Positions 42,918-59,229 are shown, counted from the first letter of the whole stretch. The stretch is 63,916 nt of DNA, filler included, from Collodictyon triciliatum (GCA_043381765.1; 9 parts of 9 records of this genome joined end to end with filler, not necessarily neighbours in it); one strand, 5' to 3'. Notes: generated by a model from the letters alone, not told the origin. Program-made: numbers and translations.

Positions 42918-43017
42918 NNNNNNNNNNNNNNNNNNNNNNNNNNNNNNNNNNNNNNNNNNNNTTAATTAATTAANNNNNNNNNNNNNNNNNNNNNNNNNNN
43001 NNNNNNNNNNNNNNNNN
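42918..43017. other. Artificial contig linker
   Basis: N44-TTAATTAATTAA-N44. Confidence 0.98.
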
Positions 43018-43033
43018 AAATTATATACATATA

Positions 43034-46000
43034 ATGTCTACGTTAACTAAAATCAGAGACAGATTTAAAGATCCACCAGGTGGCACTATCAAAAGACATG
43101 ACTTGCTTAATCCAGCCGGCCTGGAATTCAGCGAAACCTATATACCTGGATTCGGTAATGTTTTGCCAGACGTAAATGACAGATTGTTGGAAATAAAACA
43201 ACAAAAACAAATCCACCTTGCAAAACACAGAAACGCGCGTAGTGACACAGAACGATTATATTACGCTGAAGAATATAAAGATATCAAAGAAAACGAACGC
43301 AGTCTAAAAAGTTCTGCCAGTGCACAGGCTCAACAACGCGAAAAACATGCATTGTTTTTAGCTTGGGTAGTAGGCAAGGTTTCTGAAGGAAACAAAATAA
43401 ACATGGCTCGGGATTTGGCACAACGTTTAGGCATGGATGTAGAGAAAACTGAAACAGAATTTGGAAATGTTACTGCACAAGAACTAAATGACTCCAAACA
43501 TGATAATGAACCATAAGTCAAAATATATAAACCAAGACATCATAACTTAGTCGAAGGAGTCGACCAAGAAGTTATGAGAATATATGATAGACATATGTCA
43601 CTCATCAAATATCTCACAAAACTTAAATTAAAAGGTCCTCAGAGTTTGTATCAATTAAAATTTTATTACAAATATTTCATCGAAACTAATGTTTTTCTTA
43701 AACTGGATGAATGGCAAAAAAATACAAAATCATGATAGGTGCTGCAAAATATAATATGGGCCGAGATGAGGCTTTAGAAAGAAAACTTAATCCTATTGAA
43801 GAATTCGAGTACGTTATTTGGTTGTATTCTCAAGATCTCATGGTTGACTGTGCTGTTGATATAGAAGCTGTTGTCAGAGGCGGTGCAGACCCTCAAGACC
43901 GAGACACTATCAGACAATCAGATTTGTTTGTTAATCAATTTAATACTACCAATTTGCCCCAAGCATACAGCTCACCGCCTCAAGGAGGTAATCGTAGACA
44001 ATTATTTGAACCACCAACTGTAACAAGACAACCTAGACGTTCATCATTGCCAAATGATCCACAACAGGTTTCACCAATAATAAATGATATGGGAGACACC
44101 CAACCCATTTACCTACAACCGTTGCCTTCAGATAGTGCCAATTTTAAAGAATATCGAAATTCAGAAATGCAAACTGATGCTTTTGCTGTAAATTACGTAC
44201 ATCCTCAACCTATTCGCACTATGGCTGATGCGGAAGCCCAAGCAGTTCAAGATATACTTGACCGATCTTATGAACAAGCAAACGCTGCTGGCACCACGCA
44301 TTATGTGAGTGCGTGCGAAGATTTTGACGATGAAAATGCTGCAGATTCTGCATCATCTGCAGGATCTGATGGTAGTTTTGGATCTGAATTTATCAACACA
44401 TAAGAAATATCATTAACGATCAAGATACTGATGTATACTTTACTAATTTGACAAGAAAAGAACAGGCTGTAGAAGGATTAATTAATGAAGCACGTGGACC
44501 CTTGCTCACTCAAATTGTACGTTTAGAACGCGAAATGGAAACTCAACGTACGCAAATGCAACAATTACAAGAAAGTGTTCGAAATCAACAATCTGATTTC
44601 AATCGCGCAAGACAGGAAAATGACCGTCTGCAGCTACAAAATGCAGAAATTGAACATGATTTAGCTGAAAGAACTAGACGAATAACTGAATTGGATAAAA
44701 AACAACAAGAATTAAATACGGAACTTACATCAAAAAAAGAAGAAATATCCAGAAATTTAATTCAATTTGAACGAGATAATAGGACTCGTGAAACCATACA
44801 AGCTAAACTTGACTTGCTACAACAAAAAACAGAATTAGATGCAACGAAGCTACAAGAAGCGAGTAGTGCCGGCATACTATTAAGTAATCAATTACGTGAA
44901 TTACAAGAAGATTTTGATAACAGAATAAGTGACGCAAAAGAAGATTTATGGAATCAATATCGACAAGAAATTGTAAAAATTCAGGACGAAGAAGCACGTA
45001 AGAGTGCAGAAGCACAAGAAAGATTAAGAAGAGATTTTCATACAAGAGAACAAGAATTACAAAATCAATACGCAACGAAAACAGCCCACGTTGCAGACCG
45101 AAATGCAGAATTAGTTGCTTTGAAAGAAGAAGTACGCAAACTTTATGCAGATAAAGACAAATCAATGGCAGAATTTCAAAATTCTGAATTTATAAAACAG
45201 CAACTTATTACTGAACAAGAGCAAATAATACATAAAGATAGACAAGCTTTAGTAATGAATCAAATTCAAACGGAGCTATTGAGAGAGCAAATTAACAAAG
45301 AGCAAGCTGTTATCACAAAACTACAAGCAACTATTGCAGAGTTACAAAATAGAAAAGAAGCTAGTCGCACGCCAACCACCACTGCCACGTCAACACAGCC
45401 ACCAACGCCAGTGCAATCCCCACCAGCTGAATCAAAAAAAACACCAGCCGATTCTAGACCTGTCACCCCAGCTAAATCCAGAAGATCAACAACGCCTGTC
45501 AAAAAAACCGCTTCACCGCCTGGACAAACTGAGTTTACAGGTGAATCGCAAAAATATGGCCCAACACAAAATACGCCTTACCACACACCAACAGGACCTC
45601 TACAATATGTGGACGAAACGCCCAAATCAATAAGACCACGCGACGCACAAGGATACGAAATTGTTCCGCCACCGCAGAATGTTGCAGAAGTGATCGCAGA
45701 AGCAAGAAAACTTCTGCCGTCGTCAAAACAACCAAATCGATCGGATAAACCTTTAAAAAGTATTTTAAAACCAACCACGCCCATCTCGCAAGGCACAATA
45801 TCTAGTTCAATCGACGATGACGCACCAATAGATCCAATAGAAGCAAGACGACAGGAAGACTTGTCAAATTTATATGATGCTAGTATTGCATTAATAGCTC
45901 AGCTACAACAAAGAACGCAAGTTTTGGCAAATAAACTGCAGTATTCAGATCAAACAAAACAGAGAAATGAAAAACGTGCACAAGCTTTGTCTGATGCAAA

Positions 46001-48637
46001 AGAGACAGCATTAAATATGTTGCATACTTATGAAAATAACATAAGAGTCTATAATCAACGTATAGCAGATGCTGAAGCACGTGCTCTAACAACTGAACAA
46101 CGACTCATAGTTGAATATGAAACAAGGTTTAGGGCTGAAAAAGAGTCATTACACGAAGAATATACAAAGAAAAGAGCTGAAATGGAAAAAAGGTACACAC
46201 AACAAAGTACCAATAGACAGGAAGAAGTTATTATCGACGTTCCAATGAGAATTCAAGCTGAAGTGGAAAAAATTAAAAAAGATCACGCAGAAGAATTAGT
46301 ACGGTTGCAAAATCAAGCTAGACATCTTAGAAAACAATATGAAACTACATCTCAAGAAAAAGACACACAGATTGCCAAGTTAAAAGAAACAATCGAAAAA
46401 AATAAAAAAGATCAAGAACTCTTGTTGCCCAAATTAAATCACAATCTCAACAAGGAAAAGGCTCAGCTGATCAGGTACAGCCTCTTATTCAATCACATAG
46501 AGAATTAAAGAAAAGAAACGAAGAATTAGAAAAAAAATTGCTTTACTGGAAAACCAACGAATGCTTGCTGAAGCTATGACAAGTCGCCCACATTCTGACT
46601 CGGAAATTGTATTAGCACAAACCAAAGCAGAATTAAAAAAAATATAAATAATCACTTAAAGTTATGACTGCTTCAAACGAAGTACAAATAAGACGGCAGG
46701 GTGAAATAGTGGATGGATTTAGAGAAGAAATCAAAATCAGTCAAAACAAATTAGTAGAACAACATAGAACTCTCGAAGGGTATCATAAAGAAATCGAACG
46801 TTTGAAAGAAAATGCTCGTAGTCATGCTGAATCAAGAATTATAACTTTAAATGAACTAGTGGACTTGAGAAAAAAATTAGAACAAGCTGGCGACGATAAA
46901 GCAAATTATACTAAAACATATGAAAAACTTGTTGCTAGTCACAGGCAGCAATTGCATGATATCAGAATGCAACAAGAAACAGAAATGAAAGAACAATTAG
47001 ATAGATCCGAATTCAATAGAAACCAGGCCATACGCGCACTACACGAATCTTATGCTCAAGAAAGGCAAACACATCAAAATGCAATTGCTATGTTAAAAGA
47101 AAGACACAGAAATGAAAAAGCCGAGTTTGAGAGACATTACGCACAGCAAAATGCTACTATGTGCGCCATGCAACAAAAAATTTTAGATTTGCAACAATCT
47201 CAACAACAATCTCAACAACAAATTGCTGTTTCCACTCCAGCTGAACAAGCATATACACAACAGCAATTTGATCAACTACGTGCCAGACTTGAAGGTCATT
47301 ACAAAGCCCAAATTGATAGAGAAAGAGAAATCAGTGCACAAGCAGAAGCATCTCGTATTGCAAATGAAGATGAAAATTTATTACTTCAAGAGCGCAATGA
47401 AGATTTACAAGAACAAAATGACAGATTACAACAAGAAAATGATTATTTGGAATCTCAATTACATAGTCAAGGCCAGAACGAACAACTAACTATTCAAAAT
47501 ACAAGATTGACCCAGCAATTACAACAAGCCCACAATGAATTAGACCTTACAAAAGTATTGGTTAACGAATTAAGAGCCCAAGAAGACTATTTTATGCAAA
47601 AAAATTCAGATGATGGCAGAAAACATTTTGCATTAGAACGCGAACATGCTCAATTAACGCAAGATGTACTTGTTTACAAAGATAAAATACAAGAATTGGC
47701 TAATGAACAACAAATATTCCATATGAAAATAAATGATTTACAAACCCAATTGCAAAATCAAATGCAGCTTGCTGCAGTTATGGAAAACAGATTGTCTGTT
47801 ACTAATCTATCATTAAATGAATCACAAACAGCAATGCAAATAGTTAACACATTAAACATAGGTCGTGATGATGATGGTCCTACACCCCAACAAATGATAG
47901 AAGAAAATATCATGGAATTCCGCATCCAAAACGAAGATTTAAGAAACAAAATTACTCGATTAAATGATGAACATTTTGCAAATGAAAGAAAAATTCGAGA
48001 AAATGTTGATCGGATTAGACATCTTCAAGATGGAATTGTAACAGAACGTAGTCAAAATCATCATTTAGCTGTAAAATTAGACACAGTTCAACAACAATTC
48101 AACGAAGTCGTTGATGAAAACAGAGAATTAAATCGTCGTATCATTGAATTAACAGCCCAGCTACAAATAAATCCATCGCCTATGCCTAGCCGACGTACTT
48201 CTGTATCTGGTAGCCCCGGACTTCAATTAGGACATCCAATGAATACATCTTCAGCATCGATTGTTTCTTATCATCAATCCCCTTCTCGGTCAGATCGCCT
48301 TTCTTCTACGACTATGGCATCAGAAAATTCTCCACCTCATTTTATACCCATGTCCCAAAGCCGAATCAATACTAATGTTACAAGATCTCTATATTTCAGC
48401 GATCATGATTCGCCTAGCCCTTCTGCACGTTCTTCACCCGTCAAATCCAGACCCGCATCTAGACCAAAACGGTCAACCTCAGCCCAATCCGTCGCCCCTG
48501 CCGAATCTGCCAGTCCCCGCAGATCTGCACGTGTTGCTCAACAACCTCCGCTCGACTATAGACAATTGCATAATGTTGGCAAAATCGGTCCTTCCCAAGG
48601 TTACGCTTTCGTCAAAACTAAAAAAGATAATAAATAA
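43034..48637 (+). pseudogene. Decayed giant intronless coiled-coil gene (~1,860 codons), possibly of endogenous viral origin
   Basis: Four ORFs (43034-43516, 43711-44403, 44448-46508, 46664-48637) join into one reading path across two in-frame TAA codons and about five frameshifts. No introns or microsatellites. Confidence 0.65.
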
Positions 48638-48848
48638 ACCAAAAATGGCAGTGACCGTTTGCTCTATAATAACACCTCAGCCACCCATGCACACATGCCC
48701 CTCTTTTCGGCTTACCCACCCTCTCAAAAAAAAAAAAAGAATCTGCCCAAGCTACCTACCGTGCTCGGGTACCATACCTTTTACCCCTATCTCTTTCCTA
48801 ATCAGGCCGATCTATACCCCGTCGGCACCGGCCCTCCTGCCCGCTCCA

Positions 48849-48887
48849 CCCTAACCCTCGCCTAACCCTAGCCCTGCCCTGCCCTAA
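48849..48887 (+). repeat. Degenerate CCCTAA-like (telomere-like) tandem units
   Basis: CCCTAA CCCTCG CCTAA CCCTAG CCCTG CCCTG CCCTAA inside a C-rich tract. Confidence 0.5.
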
Positions 48888-49049
48888 CGGCTATTTGCCT
48901 CGGCCCTCAACATTCATGCCATTTTGAGTGCCCCTAAATAACAGAGAATAGTGAAGTGGATGCATTTCCGTTTCTTGCTTCAAATAGGTACAATTGGATA
49001 AGCTTCCGTTCTCTATCAATATGACGTTTCAAAATATGTTGATATGTGC

Positions 49050-51487
<2,438 letters not shown>

Positions 51488-51507
51488 TGCAAAAAAAAAA
51501 AAAAAAA

Positions 51508-51607
51508 NNNNNNNNNNNNNNNNNNNNNNNNNNNNNNNNNNNNNNNNNNNNTTAATTAATTAANNNNNNNNNNNNNNNNNNNNNNNNNNNNNNNNNNNNN
51601 NNNNNNN
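51508..51607. other. Artificial contig linker
   Basis: N44-TTAATTAATTAA-N44. Confidence 0.98.
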
Positions 51608-51649
51608 GGGGGGGGGGGGGGGTGGGGATGCGGGGTATCTTCTCTTCTA

Positions 51650-54600
51650 TTCACCATTTCTTTCTATAGAAATAATTCCATTTTCTAAACAGTCCATGTC
51701 GTTTGGAATAATAGCTGCCTCTTCGTATCCTCCATAAATATAGATTTTTTTGATCAAAAACTGCTGCTGCTGCTTTAAAAAGACCGGGCATGATTTTAAG
51801 TGCGCCTATTTTGAAAATTCTAATTGTTTTAGGAGTGTTTTTTATAATAAATGTTTAAAAAATCATTCGTAAGGAAAACGCGATGAATTATTGCATGAGT
51901 TTACATTTAACTGCACTTGGGTATTTAGTGTTTGGAGCTAGGTATCCTGAACTGTCTCTGCATGAAATCTGTTGAATATACATATAAATAGCACATTAGT
52001 TACATTTTAAAAAGAAACTGAAAAGTGGATGACTTTCATGAATAAAATATTGAACTTGATATGGTGGTGTTTCTTTGTATTCAATGCTGCATGGGGTACA
52101 TAGTCCCCGAAAATTTGTGAAGAACCCTTTAGGACACACGCATGCATTATTTTTCCAGATTAAATTATTCTTGCAACCTGGATTTTAACAATATCGTGAA
52201 AATGTTGGTCTAATTACGAAAAGGCAAGGGCATAAAATCGAAATTAGGAATTAAGAAAATCTTACGAGTCAGTTTTAAAGTACATCCTGGTGAGGATTCA
52301 TTTGAAATGGGAACACTGATGCTTATTCTAATATCATATGTTGGAAAATTGATCGTACTCCCAANNNNNNNNNNNNNNNNNNNNNNNNNNNNNNNNNNNN
52401 NNNNNNNNNNNNNNNNNNNNNNNNNNNNNNNNNNNNNNNNNNNNNNNNNNNNNNNNNNNNNNNNNNNNNNNNNNNNNNNNNNNNNNNNNNNNNNNNNNNN
52501 NNNNNNNNNNNNNNNNNNNNNNNNNNNNNNNNNNNNNNNNNNNNNNNNNNNNNNNNNNNNNNNNNNNNNNNNNNNNNNNNNNNNNNNNNNNNNNNNNNNN
52601 NNNNNNNNNNNNNNNNNNNNNNNNNNNNNNNNNNNNNNNNNNNNNNNNNNNNNNNNNNNNNNNNNNNNNNNNNNNNNNNNNNNNNNAAATGAAAAGTTTC
52701 AGCCCGAGGCTGGGATGAATATCTACTTGAATTGAGGATACACCGTTAATCAAACATGAGCAGTTGGTGCCTGGAAAAAGGTCCTCTTCAAAACTTCCGT
52801 CATTTAGTATTAGAGTGTAATTAAAATTTGTGACATTTTCCTTTACGCAAAAGTAATTACCTATTGTTGAAACATAAATTAGACAAAGCTCTTTGTTACT
52901 AGTTTAACATAACCCTATTGAATATACCCAGATCTAATGATAGTACAGTTCCTGTATACATGTCTCCTCCTAAGGGCATATACACAAGTTTTGATCCAAC
53001 CATGAATGCTGCAAGAACATTTGCTACCGGGATATTGTGATGCAATTTTGAGAGCGGTTTTATTTCGTTATCTATGCATGTGGCGTGAATTAAGTAAAAA
53101 AGTCTCGGATGTTTTCTTGGACGTAAGTTACTTACCTTTGATTACTAGTATGGCAGAGGACAAACCCCCTCGGATAGTACCACCAAAGAGAAAATCTCCC
53201 CCGAGTTTAAAATATATTTGTCCCTTGTAAATACCATATGAATTGCTATTCGAATCCAATATCCAAGACTTTGATTCTAAATGTATTTCATTTTATTATT
53301 ATTTTGGTATGGCATCGATCAAAAAAAAAAAAGAAGAGATTTCAAATATTTCATATATTGTATTATATATAGTTGTATGATTTGCCTTTTCTTTACCTTC
53401 ATCGAGACATGCTAATTTGTTTTTTGAGCCATCGTAATTATCTCCATTCATCATACAAAATCGAGACTTTTTCAAAAATGTGACGGGCAAATTCTGATGA
53501 GGCGGGCTTGTGTTTGTTTCAATCAGATAGCTTGTATTCTCGGAAAAATCAATAATGGAAATAACATCTGACTTTATTCTACCAAGATCGGGCATATAGT
53601 AACCACCCCATATCCACAGCTTATTTTTGAATGAAAATGCCACAATCATACTGGAACATGCGTATACGTCCTTTAAATCCCACTCGATATCCCATTTCGA
53701 CCATGTTTTATTAGCTGCCATATGCAGCTTCAATTAAATAACCGATTCGCATATATTGGGTTGATAGTCTTTGATATTGAAGCTTACTTGTGGAGAATTT
53801 CACCAAAATTCCACATCGATTTTCAGAGCTGTAGGATTCCCCAATCAGGTAGATAGTTTTCTCGTAAATTGCCCCAACCTGATTGTAAAAATTAAATGAA
53901 TTTCTCTAGGTTTAAACATATAATATCTTTTCAGAAATTACTAAATCAATGGAAATGATACCATTCGTGGGACTAACGGAGCGCAACTATGATTTTTATA
54001 AGCACAGAAAGTCTCTCTCTGTATCAGGTCCCAGTTTTCTGAATCTTGGGTAATTTGATATTGATATTAATTTAAATTATTCAGTTAGTGTATGTATCTA
54101 CTAGATCATATATGTAATTGGATTCAACAATACGTTGGGTTATGATGGTTTAAATCACAAATAATTGATATTCTTTCCATATTTGTCGCACTATTCATGA
54201 AAAAACTAACCCCTTATATAAAAATAAAAATTATTTGTCATTCTATTGTATTTTCTTTTATGTTTTTGTGACTCAATGGTCGCAAATAGGTTTAATATGG
54301 TACTTCTCATAATATAGATAATTATTCTTGTCAACATAACATGAATTCAACTTATCATATTGTCATGTACAAAGCCATTACAACATAAAATATAATCGAA
54401 TATGAAAAATACCAAAATTGAATTTCCATACATCGTTTAGGAAGTAAATATTGGAATACGAAGAGTATCCTCCTATTTTGTATAGGTGTCCATCATTCGT
54501 TCCAATTGCAAGTGAAGATGTCCGTTGACTAGGATAAATGTCAAGACTATTCCAATCCCAAATATTTCCATCTATTTAATCGTTTGAAAAATTGTTTCCA

Positions 54601-55950
54601 TGATAAAAAGCTATAAAACCAGACAAAAAAAAAACTAAATTTATTATTTAAAAACTGTTTTATCTTGCTTCAACTTAATTTAATCGACAAAGCAACGAAA
54701 TATACTTGGATTGTATCTCCAAATATCGTTCAAAGGATTTTTTGAAGTCCCGGAAAACAAGTATAATTTTTTCTCTACGGGAATTAGAGCCGAGCCAGAC
54801 CTTAATTGGGGGTGTGATATTGGAAAGAGTGGTGTTCTTGGTATTTCCTCAATCAACAGAAGAGACTTCGATTCTGTAAATTAGAAATTCATAAATAAGT
54901 TTCAACAAAGAGCCTTAGATGAAAAGAAGCAATTTTTGGATATTTTGTACCTAGATCATAAATAAGCATGTGCTCAAATGCTATATTCTTGATATCCATA
55001 AGACCTCCATATATAAAGAGCTTATTATCTAGTAGACAACTCCCATGAAGTCTCAAGGGACTCTTCAACTTTATTGGTAACAGAGTCCAAACTAAAGAAT
55101 CTGCAAATGAAGTTCGAATAATAAATAAATAAATAAATATTGTAAATGAAATCTTTGACTTAAACATACTATTTTGATGTCATTTTTTCAAGATATGATT
55201 TGATGATAATTGGTATCGACTTTTTTTTTTATTCTTCCTTTCAATTTTTGTGCAATAATTGGTATCGACTTTAAATGAATATTACTCAGATGAAGCACCC
55301 ACATTTCATCCGAAAGAGATACATAATTAATTCCACCGTTAACATATAATTGGCTTTTATCGTAATTGCACCCAGATTCGACATAGGTAGGGTAAATTGG
55401 GCTACTGTACATCACTTTAGTCCATGTTAATTTATCTAATAAAGTAAAAAAAAAGTAAATCCCTCCATAAATAGATGCAAATTTGGAATCATTACTTGAA
55501 AAAAAAAACACGTGCTATCTTTTTTCCTATATTCGAAAATGTGTAATATTTAATTCATATTGGATTCTTTTTAAAACTAAGGACCCATGTCAAAGCTCCA
55601 AAGGTCACCCGATGTACCGTATTCATTCCCATATAAAGTGAACCCTCCATACATAAACAATCTTGATTGATGGAAGAACAAACAATGTTTGGCTCTCGTT
55701 TTTGGATTAGGGGATTGAATTGTCTCTATAGAGTCCCATATCAAGGTTTTTAAATCAAGCAACAAGAACTGGCTGGTTACCTCCGTATCACTCATACCTC
55801 CATACATGAATATCTGCATTTTTTTTCAAATAAAATCTTTTTTATACAGATATGAGAGAAATACAAACCACATTCGTAAATCATGAATCTTACCTTATGA
55901 AAGAAGGTTATGTCATAAAAAGATACGCGCATGGGATTTTTTCCAAATGT
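51650..55950 (-). CDS. Kelch-repeat protein with Cys-rich segment, multi-exon, partial
   Basis: IFMYGG, LFMYGG...GDLWSFD, LYVNGG...DEMW, LFIYGG, LWIWGG, IFKLGG, IYIYGG. A Cys-rich stretch NACVCPKGFF...LCTPC lies near 52085-52160. Confidence 0.75.
55221..55254 (-). mobile_element. Short poly(A)-tailed retroposed repeat, copy 3, with 15-18 bp target-site duplication
   Basis: Minus strand TGCACAAAAATTGAAAGGAAGAAT-A10, flanked by ATAATTGGTATCGAC(TTT) at 55206 and 55255. Confidence 0.75.
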
Positions 55951-56056
55951 TCGATATCTTTGCCATCTTCTCGACTCTTTGTCATTTTTTGGTATGGTAG
56001 AAAGAGAGAAAAAAGCATCATTAGGGGGGGGGGGGGGGGTGTGACAATTATCTTTT

Positions 56057-56156
56057 NNNNNNNNNNNNNNNNNNNNNNNNNNNNNNNNNNNNNNNNNNNN
56101 TTAATTAATTAANNNNNNNNNNNNNNNNNNNNNNNNNNNNNNNNNNNNNNNNNNNN
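56057..56156. other. Artificial contig linker
   Basis: N44-TTAATTAATTAA-N44. Confidence 0.98.
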
Positions 56157-56244
<88 letters not shown>

Positions 56245-56310
56245 CTTCGCCTACAAAATTATTCGATCCTCTCACAAATTCCATCATCTTTGGTATGAAT
56301 CGATATGCAG

Positions 56311-56871
56311 GAACTCTTTTCCAGTGTTGCAAACCGAGACATCCAGAAAGCATACCGCAGCTTTGTTCACGGGGCCAAAGTCAACTCGGCCCACACAAGC
56401 ACCCACTCAACACCCGCGCACACTGCAGTGGAGAAAGGAGACTTGGTTTGCCTCGACTTCCTCCTGCTCAACGACGCGGACACAAAGCTGCAAAACTCGA
56501 TGGGGTTGTGCCCCATCCACCTTGCTGTGCAAAAGAACGACTCGGAGAAGCTGCAGCTGCTGCTCAACAGAGGCGGCCGCCACGACCTCCCCTGTGGCCC
56601 TGGTCCGAACGAGAAGATGACGCCGCTTGAAATCTCCACGTATTTGGGCCACACGAACTGCACAAAACTGCTGCGCTCCTTCAAAAGCAACGGTGACTTG
56701 GAAATCATTGCCGAGGACGACCCGCCAGACGTGACGTCTCCGAGAGGATACAGGCCCTCGTTTGGAGAGTCCAGCATCACTTCCGAACGCTCGCGGACCA
56801 CCTCCTTCACTGGGCAGCGCGGGTCTCTGGATGGCATCAACTTCTTCCGCCGGTTTGCACCGCAGGATTAG
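56311..56871 (+). CDS. Ankyrin-repeat exon, probably the last exon of a larger gene (ACAP/AGD ArfGAP-like C-terminus possible)
   Basis: GAKVN...TPAHTAVEKGDLVCLDFLLLNDAD, G.CPIHLAVQKND..KLQLLLNRGG, TPLEIS. Preceded by a CAG acceptor at 56308-56310. Confidence 0.75.
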   Translation, partial: ELFSSVANRDIQKAYRSFVHGAKVNSAHTSTHSTPAHTAVEKGDLVCLDFLLLNDADTKLQNSMGLCPIHLAVQKNDSEKLQLLLNRGGRHDLPCGPGPNEKMTPLEISTYLGHTNCTKLLRSFKSNGDLEIIAEDDPPDVTSPRGYRPSFGESSITSERSRTTSFTGQRGSLDGINFFRRFAPQD

Positions 56872-57698
56872 AATCGCAGCATTCCGACCCATTGGGCAAC
56901 GCGGTCATATTCCCAGACAAATCAAGAAAGAAAAAATTGGAAGAAGAAAAAAAAGCAAAAAGAAAACTCCCTCCACGACAACATCAACAACAACATCAAC
57001 AAAATATGAGTGAAAGAGATAACGGGGGTATGGGCACGAGGTGTCCTCGGCTGTTGCTTTTTCTCTGTTTCCCGCTCGTTCACCCGATATATCTCCTATG
57101 TCCCCTTCGCTTTCCTGTAATTCGCGTTTGCAAACCTTATCACGCCACTCTGAAGCACACCCAAGTCCTTCATAATCGATTAAACCATGCTTGAAATCCA
57201 ATAAAAACAAATATTTAAAAGAAAATCAAAGACAAAAAAAAGTAGTAGTCCGCTGATAACGCCGAGCCTTGCCTGGTTTTCCACTTGGGTCACAGTACAA
57301 ATCATACGGAGAAGAAAATATCAAAATCTGGAACATAATGTAAATACATTACTATGAATCTGTATTTAGTTAAAAAGGTTACATGTATCATAATACAATC
57401 ACTAATAATACTGCATCTATTAAAATAAAATAAAGGCTAACCTATTAAACGTGTCCCATTACTCCATCACGGATAATCACACCTCCAGCTCGGTTGTGCG
57501 GATTGATTACGCCTTCCAAATCCTCGCTTCGGTGAAGCTTCTTTTTTTTTTTCTTTTCTCTTCCTGGTCTTTGCGCGCAGCAAATGGCTTTGCGCTTTCT
57601 TTGTTTGAAGGGGATCTCGATTCTACAGCATCTTACAGAGAATCGTGCAGCATAAACAACCTCGTAATAATAACACCACCCAGGAAAGTTGCGTGGAA

Positions 57699-57903
57699 AT
57701 GAGTGAGGCTGAGTCGCAGACGTCGACATCCCTACCAGAGGCGCAGAAGCAAAGCGATCCAAAGCAAAGCTGTGCCGATTCAGAGACCGACTCGTCGCTG
57801 TCCCCAAAGATTATCTCTGGTGTGGATAAACCTATGCTTTTTCTTCTAATTTTTCCTCATTATTTGTTTGCTTAATTAATATAACGCTCTCTGCAACTAC
57901 CTT

Positions 57904-57938
<35 letters not shown>

Positions 57939-58059
57939 TTTCTGGCCTCACTTTATGTGTATGAAATATGGATGGATAGAAAATAAGAGACGCAGGGCAG
58001 TTGATTATCTCCATAGCCATTGAAATAGATTTATTGTTTGATGAAGACAATAGCAGCAA

Positions 58060-58145
<86 letters not shown>

Positions 58146-59133
58146 CCACTTCTTTCGTGTGTGTAGTCATTTCTAAAAAGCCACTGTTTCAATCACAGCC
58201 CAAATCAACACAGTGGACGTCCGAGACCGTCTCGAAACGAAAATTGAGCACCGCCCATCAAAGAAGGAACTTGTCGAGCACAATATCCTGAAAGCTGGTG
58301 ATGTAGCTCCAAGTTTACAGGTTTTTTTTTTTTGCATGTGACTATAATCACTCCGATTATAAATCATTTTATTTCCAATGAAAATTCCTTCTACTTTATC
58401 TACAATTTAGCCGTAAAGTCAACAAAATAATATTTTTTTTTAAGAAAGTATCGATATTTTCTTCTCCATTTTGCCGCATGCTTTCGCTTTGCGATGATAT
58501 TCGTAGTCTTACTCATACTACAAAAAGGCCACTCAAGAGGCAATTAGACGACAGCAAATCGAACGACATATCGGCACAAGACTCGACACGCGCCCTACCA
58601 TGGAAGACCTCGCTGATCACAATATACTAAAGAGTAAGCAGTTGCGTTATGTATTCATGCCTCTTCCAAAATCGGTGCTTTTTGGATGTGATAGTGATGG
58701 TGTCTTGATGTGGTCTGATTTTTTACTCTATTACTTGCTGGTTGTATTGGATCTTACATGATAAATCGTTGCAAATCATTGCTTTGTATGATATAATGAT
58801 ATCTCATTTATCATATGCGACACAAAAGACCCGGATGTTGCTCCTAGTCTAGTCCCCATTCAAGAGGCTTTATGGTGGCAAAAGAGAGAGGACATTCTTG
58901 AGTCGAAATTAAGCCACCGGATGACTGTGGAAGACTTGATGCAACAGGGCATTATAAAAGGTTTATTCGACTATAAAATAAAAAGCGGATTCCTTCTCTT
59001 TATCTTTACATATATATGCATTTTCAGACAGACATATTTTGTATTCTGTACATGCCATCCATATCCTAGTCTAAGTAAAGCCTGAGGATGTTGTTCCTTC
59101 CTCTATATAATGTGGCCAGTCTTGTGCGCAAGT

Positions 59134-59229
<96 letters not shown>

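Noticed and set aside
43514-46651. In-frame TAA codons suggesting TAA=Gln recoding
   Set aside because: FPGS, CMC2, DBR1, UTP23 and the capsid gene end at TAA, and long host exons contain no in-frame TAA. Point mutation in a decaying gene is simpler.
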